Shown: positions 48,153-58,772 of the stretch, one piece after another | Layout of the letters: each line of letters opens with the position of its first letter | How positions within the stretch are numbered: position 1 is the stretch's first letter | Assembly (NCBI GenBank): GCA_004764695.1 | Contig: SMSO01000032.1 | Location: 7,286,483 to 7,350,482, forward strand | Direction of reading: 5' to 3' | Length of the DNA: 64,000 bases | Source of the DNA: Schizochytrium sp. TIO01 | Lineage: Eukaryota; Protista; Bigyra: Labyrinthulomycetes | Notes under the pieces: generated by a model | Told to the model about the DNA's origin: nothing | Seen by the model: only the letters and a program-made list of their open reading frames with translations | The model's database searches: none | Made by a program: the position numbers and the translations under genes

Positions 48153-49969
48153 ACAAGAACTTGCACAGACACACATTAAAACGTCATTTGAAGAGCAAAA
48201 ACTAATGCGTCCATCTGTGTACTTTTCTCAACTGTCACATGATTCTCAAGAAACACATTGTTTTGTTGATTCCTTATCAATGATCGTAGTACTCGTGCGC
48301 CTCTTTGAATTCTATTTCGTCCTTGCTTAATAATAATGCCCCTGCAGTTCATGTGTTACCTCGATCCCTTATGCGTCTTCTGATACTACGCTACATTCTA
48401 GACTTACATGTTTTCTTTGCATTACATCATTCTTTTTGCTATTTAACAATTCGTAATCACAATCCCCTTGAATTTTCTCAATAATCAGAAGAAAACAAAT
48501 TGACAATTCAATGCGTGAGGAGTAAGTATATTTTTCGTGTTCACAACAATACATCTTATTGCAAAAAATAACACGGTTGTTCGAAACGATATTTCCTACC
48601 AAGAAAAAGTACAGAACAATACTCTAGCAATTCTGTCTACCATAGCATCCCTCCTACATTGACCTCCTTTCAACGTAGTTGCGATGTTGGCTCTTGTCCT
48701 GGAATGCTTACTAGTTTCGCTCAGATCCTTCGTATCAGCACCAATTATCTTTTCAAGTAGTATGTCCCACTGTGCACAACAGCCTGCGAAGGCTCTGAAC
48801 ATTGTTGTGCACATTTAATCCCTCATAGATAAACACTGGCTGGAAGTACTAGATCACTCGCTCAAGTCAAGTATTCGCAAATGAGCCTCTCGCCTGCAAG
48901 CTAAACGCTGCAGCCTGTGCCAGCCCTCCTCCAGTCCAAGTGGCTGCGCAGTACGTTCAGCCAGATCAGCACTAAGAGAGCCTTTCACTTAAACTCAAAG
49001 TTTCTTTGTATTAATTTCGACCTCGAATCCCGAAATCACAACGACACGCGCTACTTGCTTCAAGGCCTGAGTCAGTATTTAGGACCTCCTTCATCGAAAA
49101 CTCCTTCATATGAAACATCTGAGGATACAATTCAGCCTCAGTTTACAACCTCGATCCAAAAACGCACTCTCTCGGGTCACTGGGTCCTTTCAAGCATGCC
49201 ATCGGTCGAATCAATCCGTCGTCATAACTTTTCCCAACACGATCCGTGCGTGTCAGCCTCCTTTCGTGGCAGTCCATCAAACAAATCCATGAACGCCAGT
49301 ACCTAGTTGCGAGATCTCTTGGCTATCAAATCTACACCAAGACCAGAGTCTGAAGGGAAACCTAAGAGCGACCAAGATCTTTAGTCCCATGAGGTACCGT
49401 GGTACCAAGAACTCGCCGCTGTAGCGCAGGTCGCGTGAGACCTAGACTTGTATAGCCCCCTTTTGCCGTGCCGACCTTGCTCCAACCAGGGCTACGCAAG
49501 GCCAGGCCAGGGGATCTTTGACCGAATACTGAGGCTTGCAGAGCCTGAAGAACTCTCCGCCACACCCGCCAAAGCGCACTTGCCAAGCTTGGCCACCGAA
49601 AGCACTGGGAGTGCGTCAAGGTTCTGAACTGGGCTCGTGCCGTTTCTGGGCATGAACTTTAGCAATATGGGGGTATTGAGGGAGTTATACTGTACCTAGA
49701 ACCGGTACCAAAAAGTAGCGTCGAAACATGAGAAAAGTGATTTTTGATCGTCCAATTCGATTTGTAGAGCAACAGACCCAAGAACAATTGAGCGAGCAAA
49801 ATCCGAAATCCGATGCCCACGACAGGCGTTTGGGCAGAAGTCAGAGCGCTGAAGATCGGTACAGAAGAGGCGTGCAAGGTCTCTGAGAAAGCAGCTTGGG
49901 AGGCATTGCGGTAACTTGCCTTGGCAGAAGCGCACCCGGGAAACCGGTTTGTGGTGCCCTCCTTCACTG

Positions 49970-50027
49970 GTAAGAATAAGAGGAGCTCGAACGTAGCTAC
50001 TGATATTTTAGAGAGTTCTTTTTACAG
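49970..50027 (+). other. Possible 58-nt spliceosomal intron in the 5' UTR of the MFS gene
   Basis: GTAAG donor at 49970, branch-like TACTGAT near 49998, TTCTTTTTACAG acceptor ending at 50027. Confidence 0.4.
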
Positions 50028-50083
50028 AGACCCGCGAGATTGGAGAAAGCTTGCGAGCAAACTGCGAGAACGAGGCAGGTCTG

Positions 50084-51850
50084 ATGTTGGCCAAGGATAA
50101 GCATGACAGGGATGGGGAGGACGAAAGTTCGAGTTTCTCGAGGTTTGAGATTGAGATTGAGAATAGAACTCAAGAACGAATGAAAGACTCTGACAAAAAC
50201 ACCGAGTCCTCCCGCAATGACGATATAGATGCAACCGAGAGGCTTTATAAACCCCCAGGCGAAGTCATTGGTGGAAATGAGGTTCCTGAAGAGACAGGCG
50301 GCGAGGCGGTGCACATGACCAGTGCAATGCAGTGGAAAATTGCAATTGCGGGAAGCTCAATGTTTGCTTCTTCGTACTGCTTGACCAACGTCTTTCCTTA
50401 CGTGGGCTTCATGGTGGTGCGCTTTACAGGTAACACCAATGAAGAGGCAGGGTATCATGCCGGTATTCTGGCGAGTGCGTTTATGTTTGCACGCATTCCA
50501 ACATCAGTGGTGTGGGGCTTTCTAGCGGATCGCGTAGGCCGCAAGTTTGTTCTCATGTGGGGTTGCTTCACCATGTTTGCATTCCAGCTTATGCTGGGCG
50601 TGGCACCTAGTTTCGAGGTGGCGGTCTTATCAAGGCTCTTCACTGGACTATTTTCGGGTGTTGTGGGTACATCAAAAACGATCGCAAGCGAGCTTGCTGG
50701 CAGTGACCCCGCCGCGCAAAACTTGGCCATGAACATCATCAGCAGTTACTCAAACCTTGGCGTGATTCTTGGACCTGCAATTTCAGGATTTTTATATGAT
50801 CCTGCTACTCAGTACCCTGAATCATCATTTGCGCAAATCGCTCTATTTCGTGATTACCCATACCTTTTGCCAAACCTTGTGTCGTCACTTTTCTCGCTCG
50901 CATCCTTTTTGGGCATTTGGCTTCTATTGCCCGAAACCCTGCCAAATGCGGTGTCTGCTTACAGCTTCTTTTGCAGCGGCTCAAGTAAATCAAAGTATTC
51001 CCAGATTTCTACAAGTGCAGGCGATGAAGCTGAGTCATTGTGTGAAGAGGGGTGCCAAGACGATGACAACGCCACATCGCAACCTCCCGAGGAGAAGAAA
51101 GGTGAGTTCAGGGAGTTCCTCCGCGTACTTCGTGAGCTTTGGCAGCGTAAGGGTGTCCGCAAGGCATGTATGATGTATGGGTACTATTCTTTCATTGCTA
51201 TTTTCTTCACGGAGCTTTTCCCGCTCTGGCTCATGGCAAAATCTGAGGTTGGAGGTTTTGCGTTTGATGCAAAAACGATTGGTGGAACAATTAGCTTTTC
51301 TGCAATTTTGCTTTTATTGTTTCAGATTCTGATCTTCCCAAGCTTGGGGAAGATTTTCACGAAGCCTCGAGAATTTCTTCGCGCGATGCTTGTTTTGTCA
51401 ATTTTCTATTTCTTCCTATCTCCTATTCTTGGCGTAGTGGATTGGCCAAATCGCACATTTCTTCTCGTGGTTCTCGTGATACATCGTGGTATTGGAAATA
51501 TTCTCAATATTGTATGTTTTACGCAATGTAACATTATGCCGAACAACAGCTGTGGAGTTCACGAGCGAGCGACAGTGAATGGACTGGTTATGGGCATTGC
51601 TTCAGTTTACAAAGCCCTCGGGCCATTGTGTGCAGGTTTCACCTTTGCCTGGTCCATCAACAATGGTATGGGATTTCCACTGAACTTTAGCTTTAGTTTT
51701 TCGATCCTTGGAACTTTATGTGCAATTGCGGCACTATATACTTATAGCTTACCTGAGGAGCTTAATACCATGAAAAAGGTGGTCTCGGCGCCCCTTACAA
51801 AGTCTCAAAGAGATCTTGAGGAGGCCGAGCTGCTGGAGAACCGAACATAG
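50084..51850 (+). CDS. Major facilitator superfamily transporter, ZIFL1/DHA1-like (588 aa)
   Basis: About 12 hydrophobic segments, motif A WGFLADRVGRK, motif C-like GVILGPAISG, ZIFL-type YPYLLPNL and ELFPLW. Start moved from TTG 50051 to ATG 50084. Confidence 0.92.
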   Translation: MLAKDKHDRDGEDESSSFSRFEIEIENRTQERMKDSDKNTESSRNDDIDATERLYKPPGEVIGGNEVPEETGGEAVHMTSAMQWKIAIAGSSMFASSYCLTNVFPYVGFMVVRFTGNTNEEAGYHAGILASAFMFARIPTSVVWGFLADRVGRKFVLMWGCFTMFAFQLMLGVAPSFEVAVLSRLFTGLFSGVVGTSKTIASELAGSDPAAQNLAMNIISSYSNLGVILGPAISGFLYDPATQYPESSFAQIALFRDYPYLLPNLVSSLFSLASFLGIWLLLPETLPNAVSAYSFFCSGSSKSKYSQISTSAGDEAESLCEEGCQDDDNATSQPPEEKKGEFREFLRVLRELWQRKGVRKACMMYGYYSFIAIFFTELFPLWLMAKSEVGGFAFDAKTIGGTISFSAILLLLFQILIFPSLGKIFTKPREFLRAMLVLSIFYFFLSPILGVVDWPNRTFLLVVLVIHRGIGNILNIVCFTQCNIMPNNSCGVHERATVNGLVMGIASVYKALGPLCAGFTFAWSINNGMGFPLNFSFSFSILGTLCAIAALYTYSLPEELNTMKKVVSAPLTKSQRDLEEAELLENRT

Positions 51851-52840
51851 ATTCCTAAACGGAATCATCGGATTGTAGATTCTGCCTGTGTAGAGTGTTT
51901 TTTGCCCTCTTCATTGATACACAGCTTTATATTACTGCATATATACTTACATACCTACATACACGTATACATACAACAATTGTCCTGTCTATCTGACAAA
52001 CTTCATCGAGTTAAATTTCTGCAAATTCTTTCTAATATATATCGTTTGCTCCCTGTATCTTGATTTCACACGCCTTCACCGGGCCCAGCTTGCGAACTTC
52101 ACTTGTGACTATATTTCGGCAGGCTCTAAAACTACGAGTTGGGCCAACTTCTATAAAAGACATTTTGCTTCTGGCAAATAAGGTCACACAGTTTCTCTTT
52201 CAGCTCTTCTAAACACCTCGTTTGTCCTTCTTCCACCTTAACTTTGAGCAGGTGGCTTGGAACCTAATCTCAATCGCATGCCTCTGGGTACCTGTAGAAT
52301 TGGGCCTCCCCTCAATGTTACGTAACCGAAAAAAAGAAACCCATCCGAGCACACAAATGACTCAGCCTGCAAAGAAGACCCCGAGGCTGCCTGAACGTGG
52401 TCCTAGATCTTTGAAATAACCCGATTAAGGCACCCGTCGATGTGAACAAGCTCAAGGATTCCCAATTCCGAGACGAAGATTGCATTGCATTTGCAAACTC
52501 AGAATTGTCTTGATCCGTGCCATCCGATATGCACTCCTAAGCCTCTCCTATCACCCTTACCGGGATTTTAGCATCTATCAATGATTTGACGAGGATTGTT
52601 ATAACCCTGTAAGACTATGCTAGGAACACTAGCTCTTAGCAGGGTCGGCTTTTCTTCCTGTCTCTGTGGCAAGTGCATAATGGAGTTTTAGTCTACTTGA
52701 TACTTTGTATACTCTACTGTAATGCAAGGCGATTATTCACTTTGGGCCAGAATACTCCATTTGGGTGAGGCGAAGGAAAATGAACTAAAGAGATGAATTA
52801 TTATTCCTTTAAGTTTTCTTTTCTTCTTATTTTTTTGGTA

Positions 52841-52862
52841 ATGATGATGATGATGATGATGA
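52841..52862. repeat. (GAT)n microsatellite
   Basis: atgatgatgatgatgatgatga. Confidence 0.9.
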
Positions 52863-53574
52863 AAATGAAGGAAGACTGAAGGAAAGCAAGCACCAAACCA
52901 CTCGGGCAACACGCTCTCAGGAGCCGCTCGGCTGGGTTGCAGCGCGTGGGGCGCTCGCCAGCTCGGCTGGCTGGCTGGTATCGAGCCCGCTTGGGTCTAC
53001 CTGACTTGGATAGCGGCTTTCATCGCCACGCAAGTTGAGACCACAACGCATCAAGGCGACGTGCTGCCTCTTCGCTGACGACTTCGTTGTACGTGGCGAG
53101 AAGTATCAGTTCTGATCCGCGGTTCTTCAAAATCGTTTAATCTTGTGAAATTTACGCTCAAATTCACGTCTGCAGTTTGTTTGGTCGGTTGGTCTTTAGA
53201 GCTGCCTGGACTGTACGCTCCTCGTGGCTTGGGATATTTTGTTTCTTCATCCGAGTTCACGTACAAGTTGAAGAGCAATCCTGCGAATATAGCTCTTACT
53301 GAAGACCTTTAGCAAGAACTTTCTTACGCCGGGGCTCTCGGCATTAACTGTGGGTGATACATCGAAATTTCTTCTGTGAACTGCGAGCAAAGTGCGACCC
53401 GCTGTAATTGGCCGACTCTGTCGTTTTCGTGGCCAAAGGAATTGAATAAGGCCTCACTCTTCCATTGGCTATTATCTTAGGACAAGGATAAACTAAAACG
53501 TTGAGGTAATCTGCAATCGGATTGCTGGCTTGCGTTGGGAGTGCGGATTGTGTGACTTTCTGAGATATTACAAA

Positions 53575-55836
53575 ATGATTCAGATTGGAGGTCACCTTGC
53601 TGACCGTGTAGACGAGATCCCAGGAGGTACTCCGTTAGGATGGTACCACAAATGTCGCCGCACCTTGTCCTGGTTTAATACATGGTTGCGCACGAGCATC
53701 TCTGCCCCACTCATGTTCATGTATATGCTTTTACTCATGGTCAACACATTATTACGTGACAGCAAGGATACCTTATTGGTGACTAGCGCAGCTGGTGTTG
53801 AGGCCATTCCAATCCTCAAATCATGGGTTGTGATTCCTGCAAGCTTCCTTTACTTTGTGGTATACTACAAACTCTCACTTTGGCTCAGCCCAAGGCAACT
53901 TTTCATCACCATCATCATTGGCTTCAACGCATTTTATTTTGCTTTCGCGTGGACTCTCTTTGCCAAGCGGAAATATTTTGTGCCACTATCTACGACAGAA
54001 TGGCTTCGTGAGGTTCTCCCAGTCAATGCTCAACCACTTCGTCTCTTGATAGAAAATTGGCTCTTTGGCATTTTCTACGTCGTTTCTGAACTCTGGGCTT
54101 CGGCAGTGTGCCAGCTCATGTTTTGGAAAGTCGCCAATGAGATTGTTTCAGTAGATCATGCTAAAGGCATCTATCCTTTGATCGGTGCCTTTGGAAATCT
54201 TGGTATGGTAGCTGCTGGGTACCTTCTTCGCGAATTTGCAAATGAGCGTGACATTGTTGCAGCCCATGCTTACTTACGCGTGAAAACTTCGCGCTCGAAG
54301 CAATTGAAAGCCGTACGACAAGCAGACGAATTCGAAGAAAGCGTAGGGTACAGCGTGTTTAGTGATCTTTTGTTGCCATTTACAGAGCAAAATATGGATC
54401 CACTAGACCAAGCTTGGCAAGGAACCTTACTTGGAATCTCACTTTTGATGATTCTTTGCTCAGTTGTTGTCATCATTGCATACGATATTGTCCACAAACG
54501 TCACGATGTTCAAGTTCGTCGTGAGCAAGAGCTCGCGACTTTTCGTGCGATCAATGAAATCGAAATTAACACCAATGGAGGAAATTCAAGCAATAGGAAT
54601 CTGCCCACAGGCGAAATCGATTCAGCGAAAATTGAGGACAAACCTGGTAGTACGATCATCAGACGAGGTTCGCTTGATAACAATCTATGGAATAGTCCAA
54701 TCAATGGGAGCAACGCTATCAACAATGGTTCCCCAGATCATATGACAGGCGCCACTGACAATCTCGCGAATGGCAGTGATACGCATCATATTATCAAGCG
54801 CCGCACTGGAAGCGATCATGGGCGGACCATGAAAATTATGAACTCTGCATATTCTGAGGAGAGCAGCTCAAACACCAATGCCAATGGCGATCCCGTCCAC
54901 TCGCATTATACAACTATCGATACAAACAACACAAACATTGGACTAAATCAAGTGGACACCTCCTCATCGGGTCATGATGTGCAAGGTCCTGGAACATCAG
55001 GCTGGGTAAACACAACTTCGACCTCTGGAAACCTTAGCTCTGGAAGCAATGATGACTCTTTGCAGCGTACAAACAGTGCGGACTATCAGAAGAAATCAAA
55101 GAAAGGCAAGGTGTCGATGATCCAGGCTCTCCGCACGCTAGCAAACTCTACTCCTCTACGTTGTGCAGCTATTCTGGTGGTTTCGTACGGTATTTCGATC
55201 AGTTTGGTCGAGGTCTCCTGGAAGGGCCAGGTCAAAAAGGCACTTGAAAAGCCCAATGATTACTCACGTTTCATGGGAATGTTCTGGCAGCTCACTGGAC
55301 TAGTTTCGATGGCGTTTATGCTTATTGGACGGGTGGTTCTTCAGCGCGTAGGGTACGCGCCAGCGGTTCTTTTCACACCTATTTGCATGGCCGTAGCTGG
55401 CTCTTTGTTCTTTATGGTGTCTATTGTCTCTGACCTCATGTCAGGTCCGAGCGCTGTTTACATTGCAGACTCCATTCCCTGGGCTGCTTATTTTGGTGGA
55501 GCTGCTGTACTCTTTGCTAAGGCAGCCAAGTATGCCTTTTTCGATGCGACCAAGGAAATCATTTTCATTCCTCTTGATGCGTCTTCCAAGAACCTTGGCA
55601 AGGCGGCCATTGACGTTGTGGCCTATCGCCTTTCCAAATCTGGTGGCTCGATCATTCTCCAGCTAGTCATGATCATCTTTGGATCCATCAGTAGCTCCGC
55701 AGGCTGCACACCTATTGCGATTGTTTTTGGCGTCGTAGTCTTGGCTTGGATCCATGCTGCGCTCACGGCAAACAGCTTTATTCACGATGCCCAAGAGGAT
55801 AACAAGCGAACCCCAGATTCGCAGCACATTGTATGA
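53575..55836 (+). CDS. NTT: NTT/TLC-family nucleotide (ATP/ADP) transporter, 753 aa, with a large central loop insertion
   Basis: Family motifs LLRDSKDTLLVT, EAIPILKSWV, FYVVSELW, FWKVANEI..AKGIYPL, LVEVSWKGQVK, YSRFMG, KAAKYAFFDATKE..FIPLD and GKAAIDVV..RLSKSGGS. Start moved from TTG 53530 to ATG 53575. Confidence 0.93.
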   Translation: MIQIGGHLADRVDEIPGGTPLGWYHKCRRTLSWFNTWLRTSISAPLMFMYMLLLMVNTLLRDSKDTLLVTSAAGVEAIPILKSWVVIPASFLYFVVYYKLSLWLSPRQLFITIIIGFNAFYFAFAWTLFAKRKYFVPLSTTEWLREVLPVNAQPLRLLIENWLFGIFYVVSELWASAVCQLMFWKVANEIVSVDHAKGIYPLIGAFGNLGMVAAGYLLREFANERDIVAAHAYLRVKTSRSKQLKAVRQADEFEESVGYSVFSDLLLPFTEQNMDPLDQAWQGTLLGISLLMILCSVVVIIAYDIVHKRHDVQVRREQELATFRAINEIEINTNGGNSSNRNLPTGEIDSAKIEDKPGSTIIRRGSLDNNLWNSPINGSNAINNGSPDHMTGATDNLANGSDTHHIIKRRTGSDHGRTMKIMNSAYSEESSSNTNANGDPVHSHYTTIDTNNTNIGLNQVDTSSSGHDVQGPGTSGWVNTTSTSGNLSSGSNDDSLQRTNSADYQKKSKKGKVSMIQALRTLANSTPLRCAAILVVSYGISISLVEVSWKGQVKKALEKPNDYSRFMGMFWQLTGLVSMAFMLIGRVVLQRVGYAPAVLFTPICMAVAGSLFFMVSIVSDLMSGPSAVYIADSIPWAAYFGGAAVLFAKAAKYAFFDATKEIIFIPLDASSKNLGKAAIDVVAYRLSKSGGSIILQLVMIIFGSISSSAGCTPIAIVFGVVVLAWIHAALTANSFIHDAQEDNKRTPDSQHIV

Positions 55837-56819
55837 TCGTTTAATCTTTGAAAGTTTTCCCTTGCTTCTGGGAATTTCATAGTCTGTAGCTACAGACTCA
55901 TCTTGCTAAGCACCAGTATTTGCTTCACAATAATCCACACATAAACAACTCAGAACAAAAACATTAACTTTTAATTCACACAAAGAACTCCCTTATGTAT
56001 GTGACTCTAAAATGCCAACTTAATGCTCCCCCTCAATCGTAACCGCTTCGACATGCAAGACTATAAGTCAGGAGAGTTCAACCTGGTATCTCTGCACTCT
56101 CACTATTCAAAGGCTGTTTTTATCAAGCCTATCCTTGGGTAAAAACCCAAGTCGGAGCATACTGCTCATAGGAATCTGCATGCTCTGCAGGGTATCTGCG
56201 AATCCTGCACGGTATTACGGCTTTGCTTTGAGTCTTCACGTAGCTAGCTATGTTAGAGAGGTACTTCTTGGCAGAGGAAGTGATTCAGTTGTGACCAGTA
56301 CCAAGATCTTGGTACCGGTCCCATTTGCCGAGAGAGAGACCATCAAAGCAAAACCTCATTGTCTCCTTTTTTATTCTTAAAAAAGAAAGAAGCTAAAAGT
56401 AGAGAATGTGGAATACACTGTGTTTACACTCTATAATTCCACTGTATGAAATAGATTAATTAAAGTTATAACTCTGTGTATGGTATTTAAAAAAGCATAG
56501 AAAGGAAACTTGAAAAGAAAAAGCATAAATTAACAATTGAGAAAATTGAATAGAGCGACCAAACTCTTTCTTTTCCGCTCCGCTCGCCCCGTTCCCAGCG
56601 GGCCTCAAAGCGAGCTGACCTCTTCGGCGCGAGGGACTTGCCTCGGCATATCCCTGATCTCACCTCATAGCCTTCCTCTGGCACGAAAGTTCGCCTGCTA
56701 AACGTGGATTCTGAGGTGGACTTCCACTCCCGTTCACTCTTCGTCATCGCTCCTCATTCTTCACCTTTGTTCACGCGGACAGCTAGCTCGGAGACAGTAG
56801 CACTAGAACCGAACTAGCG

Positions 56820-58772
56820 ATGGCCAAGTACGTTCCGCCGCACCTGCGCGGAAACGGAGGCGGGTCTGAGCCGCCTGCTCCGCCCCGGGCCTCAAATCGC
56901 CAGACGGGCAACAACATCATGGGCGGTGGCGCGCCCAACAATAATATGGGCAGCAGAGGAAACAACCCTGGATTTGGCCAGGACCGTGAATTCGGGCGTC
57001 GAAACGATGCTCCGTTCGGCTCAAGAGGAGGGTCTGGAGGTCGGTGGGACCGTTTAGATGCTCCCATGCAGCCTCGGCCCTTGCTCGCAAAATCTCATGA
57101 GCAGAGCTCTAACGAGAGCAAAGCTTCGTGGAGCAAAATCCATGCCAAGACCAGAGGCCCTGCGAGATTTTCTGAAGATGATGGCACAAACTCTGGAGCA
57201 CAATCAAGTCTTGGTCAAGATGGTGCTGGCGAAAGTTCAAGTCGTGGAGAAGGTGCCAAGGAAGATGTCAAATCAGAACTGACACCCGAAGAAGCTGCCA
57301 AAGAACGTGAGGAGGCCGAAAAGGAGCGACACCCTGACATGCACTCTGAGGAAACAGTGGCACTCTCAGAATTCTTCGAAGAAAACAGTGACACGTTTCG
57401 CACGTGGGCACGTGTCAGGTCAGAAGGTTACTCGAATAAACATATTAGTCACTTTTTCGAAAGGAAAAAGTCTACACGTGACTCCGGTGCGAAACGCGCA
57501 GGAGCCTACCATGGAGCGGAGATCAAGCCCATTTTCACGCAATTTTATAAATATGCAGTAGACATTGATAATGGTCTTGCTTACACGGAACGTATGATTG
57601 ATATTGCTGAGTCTCAAGGAAACGCATGGTTTATCGACTTTGGCTACGCTCCGGGTGGTATGTCTGATCTACTGCTCAACTCGCACGAGAAGATTCACGG
57701 ATGCGGCGTGACTCTCGACCCAGGTGATGGCGGAAATATTTACGTTGAAGCGCTCGACCGTCATCCAAGGTTTCATCCCTATATTGGAGACGTGATCGAT
57801 ATGGCACGGGAGGATTTGGACCTCCAAAAGGCTGCTGGACTTCCGGAAGACTTTGAGGGCTTCGACTTCGTTATCGTCGGCATCACTATTCATCAGGAGT
57901 GGGAGGGGCCGAACATGAACGAACTTAAGGACTTGCTCCACTTCTCACAACTGTTTTTTGCCTACAAATACCTCAAGCCTGGTGGTATGGTGATGCAGCG
58001 CATGCATATGAGTGTGCGTTTGGTTGACGCACACATGCTTTCGCTGCTCCTCTCGAGTTTTGCGATCGAAAAGTTTTCTGGTCTTAAAGTTGGCCAACGG
58101 CGCCTCGAGGCTCGCCTTAATGAGGTCGCAGCACGCCAAAAGGCTCGTGCTGAAGAAGCCGAGGCTGTCAAGGCCAAGCGTGAGCAAGAAAAGCAAAAAA
58201 TGAGCGGCTTATCAAAACTTGAAATGCTTGCGGCCAAAATGGAGGCCGACGACGCTGCTCAGAGTGAAGCTGCACAGAGTGAGCTCACTGCTTATGCATG
58301 GAACCATCTAGACCGCACTGCTGTGGCATCCAAGCCATTCTCCACATTTTCCATGCGTAAGACTTATTGGGTCATTTACCATGGTTTTCACTGTAAGGAT
58401 GAAGATCGCAAGGCTGTCTTGGACCGCCTCAAGATCCTTGTGCAGCCTGATCTTTTCGCCTATGGCTATGACGCTGAGAACGAAAAGTTCAACAAACCTA
58501 TCCTTATGGACATGAATATTCACGATTTACTTGAAAAGTATGGCAAGAGCATGATTGCTGTGCTCGAGTCCGTCTGGCTCAAACAGGTCGAAGCTCTAGA
58601 GGGCTTTATGGCCGGCCAGACTGATAAGATGTGTCGCGATGGCATCGCATGTCGTCGCCGTCACTGCAACATGGCTCACCGCCCCTCTGATATGATCCCC
58701 TCTGTCTTAGATGCCCTCAATGCTGTAGATTTGCGCGCAAGACCTCGTCTTCAGGAACTTGGTCTTCAGTAA
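56820..58772 (+). CDS. FtsJ/RrmJ-fold SAM-dependent methyltransferase-like protein with RGG-rich N-terminus and CCCH zinc finger (650 aa)
   Basis: SAM motif I FIDFGYAPGGMS, GDVID, FDFVIVG, SQL...LKPGG, ASKP...RKTYWV. N-terminal KYVPPHLRG and RG/GG repeats. C-terminal C-x5-C-x4-C-x3-H. Confidence 0.85.
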   Translation: MAKYVPPHLRGNGGGSEPPAPPRASNRQTGNNIMGGGAPNNNMGSRGNNPGFGQDREFGRRNDAPFGSRGGSGGRWDRLDAPMQPRPLLAKSHEQSSNESKASWSKIHAKTRGPARFSEDDGTNSGAQSSLGQDGAGESSSRGEGAKEDVKSELTPEEAAKEREEAEKERHPDMHSEETVALSEFFEENSDTFRTWARVRSEGYSNKHISHFFERKKSTRDSGAKRAGAYHGAEIKPIFTQFYKYAVDIDNGLAYTERMIDIAESQGNAWFIDFGYAPGGMSDLLLNSHEKIHGCGVTLDPGDGGNIYVEALDRHPRFHPYIGDVIDMAREDLDLQKAAGLPEDFEGFDFVIVGITIHQEWEGPNMNELKDLLHFSQLFFAYKYLKPGGMVMQRMHMSVRLVDAHMLSLLLSSFAIEKFSGLKVGQRRLEARLNEVAARQKARAEEAEAVKAKREQEKQKMSGLSKLEMLAAKMEADDAAQSEAAQSELTAYAWNHLDRTAVASKPFSTFSMRKTYWVIYHGFHCKDEDRKAVLDRLKILVQPDLFAYGYDAENEKFNKPILMDMNIHDLLEKYGKSMIAVLESVWLKQVEALEGFMAGQTDKMCRDGIACRRRHCNMAHRPSDMIPSVLDALNAVDLRARPRLQELGLQ

